Assembly: GCA_013289475.1 (NCBI GenBank) | Contig: JABCZW010000005.1 | Location: 18,081-82,080 of the forward strand | Length of the DNA: 64,000 nucleotides | Source: Bacteroidota bacterium | GTDB lineage: Bacteria; Bacteroidota; Bacteroidia; JABEUT01 | Direction of reading: 5' to 3' | In this document: positions 8,208-17,578 of the stretch, piece after piece | How positions within the stretch are numbered: the stretch's first letter is position 1 | How the letters are laid out: every line of letters begins with the position of its first letter | The notes under the pieces: generated by a model | What the model saw: only the letters and a program-made list of their open reading frames with translations | What the model was told of the DNA's origin: nothing | The model's database searches: none | Position numbers and translations under genes: made by a program

Positions 8208-8900
8208 ATGAAAACAGCACCGGACACAAAAAGGCTCATTGAAGCCCTTGACACACTAAAGAAGCAGAAAGGCATAAGCATGTACCAGGTTGCAAAAAAG
8301 ATCAACTATGCGCCGCAATCATTCAGCCGTATACGCTCGGGCGGGCAGAACGCCCCGCTTAAGTGGATACACAAGATCTGCGATACTTATGGTATAAACA
8401 AAAACTACATATTCAACAATGAGCCACCTATGTTTATGGATGAGAAGCAGGGCAAGATCATTGAACAGGCTCAGAACAAGAACAAGGGAATTAAAATGAA
8501 CGTGGCCCAGAAAATACCTTACTATGATGCACATCTAAGTGCAGGCATGATTAAGAAATTCGGCGATAACGTAGTTAACCCGGCTTATTTTATCACTATT
8601 CCATATTTTGTTGATTGTACACTTGCATTGCGTGTTTCGGGTGACAGTATGTACCCGCGCTACCGCAGCGGTGATATAGTAGTATGTAAACACATACAGG
8701 ACAAGAACCTTATTATGCATGGTGAACCTTATGTGGTTATTACCCCTGATTATTGCGTGGTAAAGTACATAGCCCCTCACCCTTCGGATAATAACAAACT
8801 GGTGTTAAAGAGCGAAAACCCAAAGTTTGCTCCGTCCAACATCCATAAAAAAGAGATCCTTCAGATGTACCTTGTAAGAGGTAAAATAGAGGTATTGTAA
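8208..8900 (+). CDS. CI/LexA-like repressor: XRE HTH plus S24 peptidase domain
   Basis: HTH SMYQVAKKINYAPQSFSRIRSG; Ala-Gly cleavage site LSAG; catalytic Ser in VSGDSMYP; catalytic Lys in CVVKYI; LKSENP. Confidence 0.9.
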   Translation: MKTAPDTKRLIEALDTLKKQKGISMYQVAKKINYAPQSFSRIRSGGQNAPLKWIHKICDTYGINKNYIFNNEPPMFMDEKQGKIIEQAQNKNKGIKMNVAQKIPYYDAHLSAGMIKKFGDNVVNPAYFITIPYFVDCTLALRVSGDSMYPRYRSGDIVVCKHIQDKNLIMHGEPYVVITPDYCVVKYIAPHPSDNNKLVLKSENPKFAPSNIHKKEILQMYLVRGKIEVL

Positions 8901-8932
8901 CAAATCACCACATTGTTTATTATTTAACATTT

Positions 8933-8965
8933 AAACCAGGTAGCTTACCATAACTACCTGGTTTT
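8933..8965 (+). terminator. Intrinsic terminator after the repressor
   Basis: AAACCAGGTAG-N10-CTACCTGGTTTT. Confidence 0.75.
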
Positions 8966-9087
8966 CTTATCTATTGCCTCCATTAACATGAGTAAAATCA
9001 TAGCTCAAAAGTTCTTGTTTTTCAGCTCATTAACTACTACCCGCATATCTATTTAACATTTCTTTACATAAAATGGCTGTAAAGGGT

Positions 9088-9114
9088 AACTTTTACCGAT
9101 TTAGGTGCGTATAA
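9088..9114 (+). promoter_or_regulatory. Putative ECF-sigma promoter
   Basis: AAC-N17-CGTATAA ending 19 nt before the ATG at 9134; the same motif recurs upstream of the giant genes. Confidence 0.5.
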
Positions 9115-9133
9115 TATATAGATCTCAAATGTT

Positions 9134-10465
9134 ATGAAAACGCTCTATTTAAGACTAATTACCACTCTAACAATTACGGCAGCATTTTTTCTGCTATCGG
9201 CAGTAACCTATGCTCAAACATGGGATTCAGTAGGCAGTGGTACCGATAAAACCATCAACTCATTGTACGTATCGGGCGGTAGCCTGTACGCAGGTGGTTC
9301 ATTTTCTAATGCGGGCGGTGCACCGGCAGGCCGTGTAGCCCAATGGGATGGTAATATATGGCAAAGTGTTGGCGGTGGCATTTCAAATGCCGGCGTTTGG
9401 TCAATTACATCATTTAGTTCAACTTTATATGCAGGTGGCTTATTCAGCCAGGCAAATGGTAATCCTGCTAATAATGTTGCTGCGCTTAGCGGAGCCGACT
9501 GGAGCGCATTAGGCAGCGGTACTAACCTTATTGTTTATGCCATGGCGAGCTACAAAGGCAATCTATATGTTGGTGGTGGATTTGATAGTGCAGGTGGCAA
9601 ACAGGTAGGGTATATTGCAAAATGGAACGGAACAAAATGGTCTACTGTAGGTACCGGAGTTAATGGCTATGTACAATCTATGGTGGTTTTTAATAGTAAC
9701 CTGTATGTAGGAGGCTCGTTTGATAGTGCCGGAGGTATTGCCGCTAATGGTATTGCCGAATGGACCGGAGGAAAATGGCAGGCCCTGGGTAAGGGAATCA
9801 ACGGGTTTGTAAGTTCATTGGTTGTTTACAACAGCACTCTTTTTGCGGGTGGAAACTTTACACAGGCAGGTGGCAGCCTTGCTAATAATATTGCCGAATG
9901 GGATGGTGCCGCATGGTCGGCTGTTGGTACAGGTACTGATAATAATGTAGCTGCTATGACAAGTTTCAACGGATCATTATATATTGGTGGCCAGTTTTTA
10001 AATGCAGGCGGAAGCCCTGCAAACCACATTGCCAAATGGGATGGAACCACATGGTCGGCTTTAGGGCTTGGCATGAATGATAACGTACTTGCATTGGTAG
10101 TTTATAATTCTGCTTTATATGCAGGTGGCCAGTTCGACAGTGCAGGTGGCGCTCCGGCAAACCATATTGCATCACTTTCAAATTTACCCACGGCTGTCAA
10201 TGCAATCTCTACCTCAGCCGGCAGCGTATCTGTATTCCCAAATCCTAACAATGGCTTATTTACAATAGAGTTATCAGGTACTAGCCCAAAGTCAACAGTA
10301 GAAATTTATAATGTATTAGGAGAAAAGGTGTATTCATCTCAATTCACAATTAATAATTCACAATTAATAATTGATCTTAGCGGCCACCCTGCCGGAATAT
10401 ACATTTACAAAGTAATGAGCCCATCGGGCAATTTCATTTCCTGCGGAAGGGTAATTATACACTAA
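9134..10465 (+). CDS. Secreted beta-propeller repeat protein with T9SS type-A CTD
   Basis: Signal peptide; about six WDGxxWSALGxG / LYxGGxFDSAGG repeats; CTD FPNPNNG...YNVLGEKVY...GIYIYKV; paralog of 2241..3554. Confidence 0.85.
   Translation: MKTLYLRLITTLTITAAFFLLSAVTYAQTWDSVGSGTDKTINSLYVSGGSLYAGGSFSNAGGAPAGRVAQWDGNIWQSVGGGISNAGVWSITSFSSTLYAGGLFSQANGNPANNVAALSGADWSALGSGTNLIVYAMASYKGNLYVGGGFDSAGGKQVGYIAKWNGTKWSTVGTGVNGYVQSMVVFNSNLYVGGSFDSAGGIAANGIAEWTGGKWQALGKGINGFVSSLVVYNSTLFAGGNFTQAGGSLANNIAEWDGAAWSAVGTGTDNNVAAMTSFNGSLYIGGQFLNAGGSPANHIAKWDGTTWSALGLGMNDNVLALVVYNSALYAGGQFDSAGGAPANHIASLSNLPTAVNAISTSAGSVSVFPNPNNGLFTIELSGTSPKSTVEIYNVLGEKVYSSQFTINNSQLIIDLSGHPAGIYIYKVMSPSGNFISCGRVIIH
10341..10375 (+). 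repeat. Heptamer tandem repeat inside CTD coding sequence
   Basis: AATTCAC AATTAAT AATTCAC AATTAAT AATTGAT. Confidence 0.8.
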
Positions 10466-10618
10466 ATCGTATAGATTCTGAGAAGCAAAACTTCACATTA
10501 AAATCACATTAAATTTCCCAGGTAACAATTTGGTTTTCAATATATTATTGCTATCTTCGTACTAAGTTATACTCTACAGGTATATCGGTGATATAATAAC
10601 TTTTAAACCTCTCAACCA

Positions 10619-11395
10619 ATGGCTGAAATTAACTTAACCAGCTCGTATCAGTTCGATGCAATTACTATGGGCTTTACCGACGACAAGCAACTTTATACCA
10701 AAGTATTGTTTGTAAAAAAGACCGCGCCACTTATAGATGTAAGCAGCATTATTTTAAAAGAGGCTGCCTTGAGCGATAAGCTGCAATTGAACATTAAAAT
10801 TACCAAGAATGGTAAAGAAGGTATGTTCCAGGTGGTACAGTTCGACAGGACCGATGATAACGGGAAGAAGTTCCTGGAAGAATTAAAATTGAAGGTTCCG
10901 TCGCCATTGGTGTGGAGCAATAAAACTGAAGAAGCAGAGCCGGCAACACAAGGCATTGGAGGTAAGCGTACCTACCCCATTCAGTTTTGGATGTTTATTA
11001 CCAAAACCATGGCAGGCATGTCTCGGGGTATGCAAATTGCAATGAACTACGGGCTTTTCTGTTTGTTTATTATACCCATACCGCTCTTCATATATGTAAT
11101 AGCGGCTGGTTGCTACCGCATAACCACTACCGATGATGGTATAACTATTAAAAAACTATTCGGCAGTTTTTTTAGCTGGAACGATGTTGACAGGATAGAT
11201 GTGGTACGCTACAATATTGTTATTACCAGTTACGGCGTAAAATCGAATGAAGCTTTTTTATTGGCCTGCACACTATATAGCAGCGGCGGAAAAACCAAAA
11301 ACTTTATAATACGCACCAAAGAAGGTAAAGCTTTTGTACATGATATGGTGGAGCGCAAAAAAATGTCGGCCGAAGTAGAGAAGATATTTATTTAA
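10619..11395 (+). CDS. Hypothetical membrane protein
   Basis: 258 aa with one strongly hydrophobic segment YGLFCLFIIPIPLFIYVIAAG, followed by a bacterial PH-like beta-rich region (ITTTDDGITIKK..FSWNDVDRI). Confidence 0.7.
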   Translation: MAEINLTSSYQFDAITMGFTDDKQLYTKVLFVKKTAPLIDVSSIILKEAALSDKLQLNIKITKNGKEGMFQVVQFDRTDDNGKKFLEELKLKVPSPLVWSNKTEEAEPATQGIGGKRTYPIQFWMFITKTMAGMSRGMQIAMNYGLFCLFIIPIPLFIYVIAAGCYRITTTDDGITIKKLFGSFFSWNDVDRIDVVRYNIVITSYGVKSNEAFLLACTLYSSGGKTKNFIIRTKEGKAFVHDMVERKKMSAEVEKIFI

Positions 11396-12008
11396 CAGTA
11401 GCCGCATATTCTGACCATAGTCCGAATAAAATAATTACTGCACCCGATGCCCTGTTTATCCATAACAGGGCATTGTTATTTATTTTGTAGCGCAACATAC
11501 CAACAACAGTACTAAGTATTAACCACCATGCCGATGAGCCCAGAAAAACTCCGGCTACAACAGCAGTAGCAGGCATATATCCCGTTTGCCCCACTCCTGC
11601 CCCAATGGCAGAGAATATGGCTATGAAAGAAAGTATGGTAGTGGGATTAGATACGGTTAACAATAATGTAGATATGAAATTACCAAACAAGCTTTTGCTT
11701 TCTGCCTTTGCAGCCTCATCGGCAGGCTTGCTAATAAGTATGCGTATACCCAGGTAAAGCAATATCATACCGCCAATGGTGCGTATTAAAGCTTGCTGAG
11801 ACATTAACAAACTTGAAATTACAGTTAAGCCAAAGCCGGCAACAACGCCATAAAAAGTATCGGCTACGGCAGCACCCATACCAGTAACAAGGCCCGATAT
11901 TCTGCCTTCGGTCAGGGTGCGCTTAATGCACAACACACCAATTGGCCCAACGGGAGCAGCTACCGAAAAGCCAATTATAATTCCTTTAATAAAATAAGAA
12001 AGAAGCAT
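11388..12008 (-). CDS. LysE-family translocator
   Basis: GFSVAAPVGPIGVLCIKRTL, GAAVAD, NPTTILSF and GVFLGSSAWW; several transmembrane segments. Confidence 0.9.
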   Translation of the reverse strand: MLLSYFIKGIIIGFSVAAPVGPIGVLCIKRTLTEGRISGLVTGMGAAVADTFYGVVAGFGLTVISSLLMSQQALIRTIGGMILLYLGIRILISKPADEAAKAESKSLFGNFISTLLLTVSNPTTILSFIAIFSAIGAGVGQTGYMPATAVVAGVFLGSSAWWLILSTVVGMLRYKINNNALLWINRASGAVIILFGLWSEYAATVK

Positions 12009-12066
12009 ACTTATTATTTATGATTCAAATTTAATAATAGTGCAACTACTATAATTTTTCGTTATT

Positions 12067-13386
12067 CTATTTGAAAGAATAGAGAAAACTTAAACGATAG
12101 ATAATATAATTGTCGTTTTTCAAAAAATCAGATCCGTAACCATTCTTAATTCCATAATACCATATGTTGGGCATGAAATGAACTTTTTTATCATTCACAG
12201 GTGTCCAATCAAGCCCTGCACTTATAAATGTTTCACTCCAGGTTGCACCCGGCTGCAGCCAGCTGGTGTATATTTCACCTGGAGTATATTGGTATATAGC
12301 ATCTGGTTTATACATATCGTACCGCGCAAAAACATTTAGTTTATCTGCTATAATAGTTGCATGCGCAAATACAGATATTCCGGCCTGGCTTGCGGTTACC
12401 GTATCATTTTTTACCGGGGCCGATGCATAGGTTTCTATTTCGCCATTGGTATTATTCTGCATAAAGCATTCAATACCAAACCCGAATGTTATTGTGTTAT
12501 ACGCTGCGTAAACTTTAAATGTAGATGTAGCGTTTTGGTATAGCTTGCTTGTTTTATATGCTACACCGCCATAGTTAATATAGTCGGCATAAGCACCCAC
12601 CGTAAGCGAGCCATTCAATGTATTTAAGAATGCATTCAATCTGAATTTTTTATCCTTATCGGTTGTACTATTTGGCGGTGTTCTTGCCCCGGTAAATACA
12701 GGCACAGGCACATTGCCCGAATTATCGCCTATCATGGCGCTATACCCTATAAAAGAAGGTACCCGGGCAGAATCATCATGTTTATTTGTCCATAGCTTAC
12801 CATCCAGTGCTATTCCCATATCTGCCGACACGTCAACTTTATGCATATCCATTATTGTTTTTTCAATGCACCTGTAGCCCATTAGGGCCTCAGTATTATA
12901 AGCATTTGCCCATGAGTTGGTGGCTTGCTGCCCTATTTTAAGGTCACTACCTTTGAAAATGTTCTTCCATTTAAAATAAATAAACTTCAAATAAACGGTT
13001 CGGTTATTATTTACATCATAATCACCCTGGTAATCTAACACAGCGTAGGCTGAAAATTTTTCGTTAATAGTATAATTAAAGCCTAAATAGGCTCGTCTTA
13101 TTTCAATTGCATTTTGATATTTGGTACCCGTTTGCGCACCTAGCCCTTTATATTGCATTGAGGTTCCTCTGCCTGCTGAATCGCCGTGGTATACAAAAGC
13201 GTAATCTCCAAATGCATATCCCCAAACATTGGCTCCGGTTGCCGGGCCACCACCGCCATTTGTTATTAGTGAAATAGAATTAGTTTGGTTTAATACCGGC
13301 ACTATGCTCTGTGATTGTACCTCGCCGGCAATAGTCAGCATAAGAGCAACTTTTATAAAACCATTTCTGTTCATAGCTATTCGCAT
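12067..13386 (-). CDS. Outer-membrane porin-like protein (OprO/OprP-like superfamily)
   Basis: EIRRAYLGFNY, YLKFIYFKW, IGQQ, VFARYDMY and terminal YRLSFLYSFK. Start likely at ATG 13386 or 13374 because a TAACTTTG -7 motif overlaps the TTG at 13395. Confidence 0.7.
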   Translation of the reverse strand: MRIAMNRNGFIKVALMLTIAGEVQSQSIVPVLNQTNSISLITNGGGGPATGANVWGYAFGDYAFVYHGDSAGRGTSMQYKGLGAQTGTKYQNAIEIRRAYLGFNYTINEKFSAYAVLDYQGDYDVNNNRTVYLKFIYFKWKNIFKGSDLKIGQQATNSWANAYNTEALMGYRCIEKTIMDMHKVDVSADMGIALDGKLWTNKHDDSARVPSFIGYSAMIGDNSGNVPVPVFTGARTPPNSTTDKDKKFRLNAFLNTLNGSLTVGAYADYINYGGVAYKTSKLYQNATSTFKVYAAYNTITFGFGIECFMQNNTNGEIETYASAPVKNDTVTASQAGISVFAHATIIADKLNVFARYDMYKPDAIYQYTPGEIYTSWLQPGATWSETFISAGLDWTPVNDKKVHFMPNIWYYGIKNGYGSDFLKNDNYIIYRLSFLYSFK

Positions 13387-13461
13387 GGCTTTCAAAGTTA
13401 AAAGTTAAATCATACCCATTAGCTTGTTTTGTATATTTACCATTCATGTTTTATACATACA

Positions 13462-13992
13462 ATGCAATTTGACAATTATATACTGCGTACGCCTGAACTT
13501 AACGACGCAACTTTATTACTCAAAATGGTTTTGCGGGATAAAGAAAGACTCGTTGATTATTTCCCTGTGTCGGTAGGTTCTATGGTTGATATTAGCTCCA
13601 CAAAAAAATACATTTTAGAGAAAATACAACAAACCGAAAGAAAAGAAACATTTACTTTTATACTACACGATACTAAAACTTCAAAACCCATTGGCATAGT
13701 ATTTATTAAAAGCATTGACTGGAGAACCCCCAAAGCCGAGCTTGCTTATTTTATTGACAAGGAACAGGAAGGAAAGGGAATTACGAGTAAAGCACTGAAA
13801 CATATAATCGACTACAGCTTTAACAAATTAAAAATGAATAAACTGTTTTTACGCGTAGCGCCCGAAAATATTGCCAGCCAGCGCGTAGCGTTAAAAAACG
13901 GTTTTGTAAAAGAAGGCGTACTGAGAAAAGACTTTAAAAGAGCCAACGGAAAGCTTACCGATGTATATTATTACGGACTGGTAAAAGAATAG
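13462..13992 (+). CDS. GNAT acetyltransferase, RimJ/RimL type
   Basis: KAELAYFID...GKGITSKAL...NIASQRVALKNGFVKEGVLR; ATG 13462 preferred over TTG 13429. Confidence 0.9.
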   Translation: MQFDNYILRTPELNDATLLLKMVLRDKERLVDYFPVSVGSMVDISSTKKYILEKIQQTERKETFTFILHDTKTSKPIGIVFIKSIDWRTPKAELAYFIDKEQEGKGITSKALKHIIDYSFNKLKMNKLFLRVAPENIASQRVALKNGFVKEGVLRKDFKRANGKLTDVYYYGLVKE

Positions 13993-14012
13993 AGTTTGTA
14001 TATTTACATACC

Positions 14013-14267
14013 ATGGCAAAGCACGAACCAAATAAGGTCATTAAAAGAATATCGCCCTTCTGGAGGGCAATATTGGAGGTTGGTTTTATCATCTTTCTCT
14101 TCTATTCAAACCTGTTGATGGGTGAGTATACGCATTCAGGTATGGGCCAAACTAAAGGGCTTTGGTGGGCAGTACAGGACATTTTCACCTTCACAAATTT
14201 CTCTATTGCTCTTGTGTTATCACTCATTGGCTATATAGTGGTTGAGTTTTTAAGGCGCAGGTTATAA
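14013..14267 (+). CDS. Small membrane protein
   Basis: 84 aa with two hydrophobic segments; stops 2 nt before the next ATG. Confidence 0.7.
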   Translation: MAKHEPNKVIKRISPFWRAILEVGFIIFLFYSNLLMGEYTHSGMGQTKGLWWAVQDIFTFTNFSIALVLSLIGYIVVEFLRRRL

Positions 14268-14269
14268 AA

Positions 14270-15310
14270 ATGTATCATAGCCAGGGAAAATACTTCATTA
14301 TTACTATTGTTTTGCTGTTCCTGGTAAGCTGCAAGCATTCCGGAGACAAAACCACCCTTGCATTTTATTACTGGAAAAGCAATTTCAACATTGACAAAAC
14401 CGATATATCCTATTTAAAAGATGCAGGCGTGCAAAAACTATACCTGCATTTTTTTGATGTGTCGTGGGATGAAACATATAACAGGGCACTGCCTGTAGCT
14501 GAAATGAAATTTGAAGCTGAACCAACTGATAAGTTTCAATATGTGCCTGTAGTATATATAACCACCAGATCGCTCAATAATACCGATGGCGATAGTATTA
14601 ACAAGCTGGCAGAACACATATATGATGAAGTGGAGCACATAGTCACTACCAATAAAATAGCCTATAAAGAACTGCAATTCGATTGTGACTGGACCGATGC
14701 AACACGCAGCAAATACTTTGCTCTGTTATCTTTCTTTCGCAATAAATTCAAATCTACCGGGCAATTGGTTTCAGCAACCATACGCCTGCACCAAATAAAA
14801 TATGCCGACAAAACAGGCGTACCACCTGTAGACAGGGGTATGCTTATGTTCTATAATATGGGTTCAATTAATTCGGTGCCGGGCTACAATTCCATTTACA
14901 ATGATAAAGATGCCGACAAGTATGTAACTTATGTATCAGCCTATACCCTACCTTTAGATGTTGCATTACCTGTATACTCGTGGGCAATCTGGGCGAGGAA
15001 TGGGAAAGTGCAGGATATTATAGAGAAAGCCCTTAACAAAGACTTTGCCGATACCGCCATGTTTCTCTCGGCAGGAAACAATATATTTGTTTCACGCGGT
15101 TCGTTCTTTTTCAGAGGGAAATATTTTATGAAAAGTGATACCGTTAAAACAGAAGAAGTAACACCCGAAATTTGTGAAGATGCTGCCACCAATGTGGCTA
15201 AATACTTGAAGAACGAACCCCGCACGATAAGCTTATTTGAATATGATTCGTTATACCTTTCAACCTATAATAAAAAAGACCTTGAAAAAATCTACACTCT
15301 TTCCCGTTAG
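14270..15310 (+). CDS. Lipoprotein of unknown function, DUF3142-like / TIM-barrel-like
   Basis: Lipobox LVSC; motifs FYYWK, LYLHFFDV, ELQFDCDWT, SATIRLHQ, LMFYNMG and LDVALPVYSW. Confidence 0.7.
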   Translation: MYHSQGKYFIITIVLLFLVSCKHSGDKTTLAFYYWKSNFNIDKTDISYLKDAGVQKLYLHFFDVSWDETYNRALPVAEMKFEAEPTDKFQYVPVVYITTRSLNNTDGDSINKLAEHIYDEVEHIVTTNKIAYKELQFDCDWTDATRSKYFALLSFFRNKFKSTGQLVSATIRLHQIKYADKTGVPPVDRGMLMFYNMGSINSVPGYNSIYNDKDADKYVTYVSAYTLPLDVALPVYSWAIWARNGKVQDIIEKALNKDFADTAMFLSAGNNIFVSRGSFFFRGKYFMKSDTVKTEEVTPEICEDAATNVAKYLKNEPRTISLFEYDSLYLSTYNKKDLEKIYTLSR

Positions 15311-17537
15311 CCTTATAGTACTTGTTGCGGGCATTATGTTTGCCTGTGCCGATGTGGAGATGACTTATTATCCCACCTCTTTTTTTGCACCCGAAATAAC
15401 ACACAATAAATCAGCATATGTATTCTTTCGTGCCTTTTACCCTTTATATGAGGATTCCTACAAGGAAAATTACCTTGCAGATTTTAAGGCCACAAATATT
15501 ATTGAATGGGAAAACTACTTTAAGCAGCAAATTAAGAAGAATGACCTGAGCTATATATTATATGATGCCAGGCTGGGAGAAATTGACACACTTATACTTT
15601 CTATTAAAAAAGCGGACTATCCTATAAGTGATGAACTAAAAGGGAATTCAATTTTAAAGGCAGCAGATACAAAGTCTGTGCTCGACTTTTTATTCTATAC
15701 AGGTTTTGCGAGGCGTTGCGAAAAATATGCGGCGTATAATGTGGGCTGGTGGGATGAGGACAGAAAAAACGACAACCCGCTTGATGATAAGGAAGGTATG
15801 GCAAAACTTGCCGATGGCGGTATTAAACAAATAGGTAATGCCAACAGCGATTTTGTGCGCCAGCGTTATGCATTCCAGGTATTAAGGCTATACTACATGA
15901 GCGGTGAGAATGATAAATGCATTCAGTTTTATACTGACAGGAAGAAGATAATTGAATCAACTAACAATAGCATTAAATACCGATCTATTGGTTACCTGGC
16001 CGGAGCCTATAACAGGAACAAACAATATGGTACTGCCAACTATTTCTATTCCTTAGCTTATGATGGCTGTGATACCATGAAGATATCGGCATACTTTAGT
16101 TTTCATCCGCAGGAAGAGGAGGACTGGCAACAAACCCTTAATATGGCAAAAAACACCAGGCAAAAAGCTGTGTTGTGGCAAATGTTAGGCATTTACAGGG
16201 ATCCGTTCCGTGCCATGAAAGAAGTCTATGCCCTTGATCCGAAATCTGACCTGCTGGACCTGTTACTTGCCCGAACCATAAATGTTGAAGAAGAACATTT
16301 TCTGCACCAATACGGGCCTTATGGCGAAGGAGAAACAGACAGCCTGGACTATATTAACACAGGCAATATAAATAAAGAACTGGTTGCTTTTTTAAAAACA
16401 ACGGCAGGCAAAGAAAACACGGCAAAGCCATACGAATGGAATCTTGCCGCCGGTTATTTATGCTGGGTTATCGGAGATAAGGATTTTCAGAAATACATTG
16501 ACAAAGCAAAACAGGAAGCTGCAAAAGACACCCTTGTACAAGAGCAGATAAGGTTAATAGAATTGCTCGACCTAGTGAAACTGGGCAAAGCCGGAGATAA
16601 AAAATTTGAAGAAAAAGTTGCGCCGGAACTCGAATGGCTGAGAGGGGAAGAGCATCCCAGGGAATTCAGACGGGGCGATGCTTACAGGTGGGTAACAAAA
16701 ATTCTGGAAACCAAATATGCCAAAGATATTGTTAAATCAACCTGCTTTAAGCATGAACTTAGTGATGGTGAAATGCATAACGATGATTTGCTCAATACCT
16801 TAAAGGCTTTCATGGACAAAAAAGACAAATCTGCTTTTGAAACATACGCATGGCGTGAACTTCAATATAGTAAAACTGACTTGATAGAAATTCAGGCAGT
16901 TAATTCGATATATAGCTATAAACTTAAAAATGCGATGGCGCATTTTAATGAAGATGCAGCGGCAGGAAAAGAAAAACTTACAGCCAACCCTTTCATGATA
17001 CATATAAACGATTGTCACGATTGCGACCACCAGGACAGTGAGAAAACTATTTATACTAAAAAAGAGTTCGTTCAGAAAATGATAGATATGGAAGATATAG
17101 TTCAGAAGAACCCTAAAGATGCACAGACATATTTCCAATTGGCCAATGGTTATTATAATATGAGTTATTTTGGTAACAGCAGGGACATTTATGACGCTAA
17201 GGGGTATTACATAGGTAGTTCATTCTTTGAGTTTTGGGAATATTCCAATACATCGGGGACAGATTCATTGCCTGTTTATGTAAATTGCAGCAAAGCACTT
17301 GAATATTACAAGAAAGCCATAGATGCATCAAAAGATCCTGAGTTTAAGGCCCAGTGCTGTTTTATGGCTGCCAAGTGCGAACAGAATTACTTCTTTTGCC
17401 ATAAACCTAAAGGCTATATAGGCGATTTTAAAGCAGGTGATTATTTTGCCATGATGAAAAGCACTTACTCCAACACGAAATATTACCAGGAAGTAATTAA
17501 GGAGTGCGGTTACTTTAAAACCTATGTAAACAAGTAG
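15282..17537 (+). CDS. Large exported TPR/alpha-helical protein, partner of the upstream lipoprotein
   Basis: Signal with FAC; TPR-like helices; DCHDCDH motif; MAAKCEQN; C-terminal TKYYQEVIKECGYF. TTG 15282 preferred as start, overlapping the upstream gene. Confidence 0.75.
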   Translation: MKKSTLFPVSLIVLVAGIMFACADVEMTYYPTSFFAPEITHNKSAYVFFRAFYPLYEDSYKENYLADFKATNIIEWENYFKQQIKKNDLSYILYDARLGEIDTLILSIKKADYPISDELKGNSILKAADTKSVLDFLFYTGFARRCEKYAAYNVGWWDEDRKNDNPLDDKEGMAKLADGGIKQIGNANSDFVRQRYAFQVLRLYYMSGENDKCIQFYTDRKKIIESTNNSIKYRSIGYLAGAYNRNKQYGTANYFYSLAYDGCDTMKISAYFSFHPQEEEDWQQTLNMAKNTRQKAVLWQMLGIYRDPFRAMKEVYALDPKSDLLDLLLARTINVEEEHFLHQYGPYGEGETDSLDYINTGNINKELVAFLKTTAGKENTAKPYEWNLAAGYLCWVIGDKDFQKYIDKAKQEAAKDTLVQEQIRLIELLDLVKLGKAGDKKFEEKVAPELEWLRGEEHPREFRRGDAYRWVTKILETKYAKDIVKSTCFKHELSDGEMHNDDLLNTLKAFMDKKDKSAFETYAWRELQYSKTDLIEIQAVNSIYSYKLKNAMAHFNEDAAAGKEKLTANPFMIHINDCHDCDHQDSEKTIYTKKEFVQKMIDMEDIVQKNPKDAQTYFQLANGYYNMSYFGNSRDIYDAKGYYIGSSFFEFWEYSNTSGTDSLPVYVNCSKALEYYKKAIDASKDPEFKAQCCFMAAKCEQNYFFCHKPKGYIGDFKAGDYFAMMKSTYSNTKYYQEVIKECGYFKTYVNK

Positions 17538-17578
17538 TTTACATTTCTATTTCGTATATTTGATATATACGATTAAAC

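Larger units (their letters stand above)
5490..8900. mobile_element. Phage-derived immunity/early-replication module (cryptic prophage remnant)
   Basis: CI-like S24 repressor divergent from short ORFs, a DUF1376-like replication protein and its overlapping partner. No integrase, att site or structural genes are visible. Confidence 0.65.

Noticed and set aside
5697-8925. AAATCACC(ACA)TTGTTTAT(C/T)ATTT at 5697 and 8902 as attL/attR
   Set aside because: Gapped, AT-rich match; it would leave 5490..5681 outside the element, and there is no integrase or tRNA target.
17010-17030. CHDCDH as a c-type haem attachment site
   Set aside because: The spacing is CxxCxH, not CxxCH.
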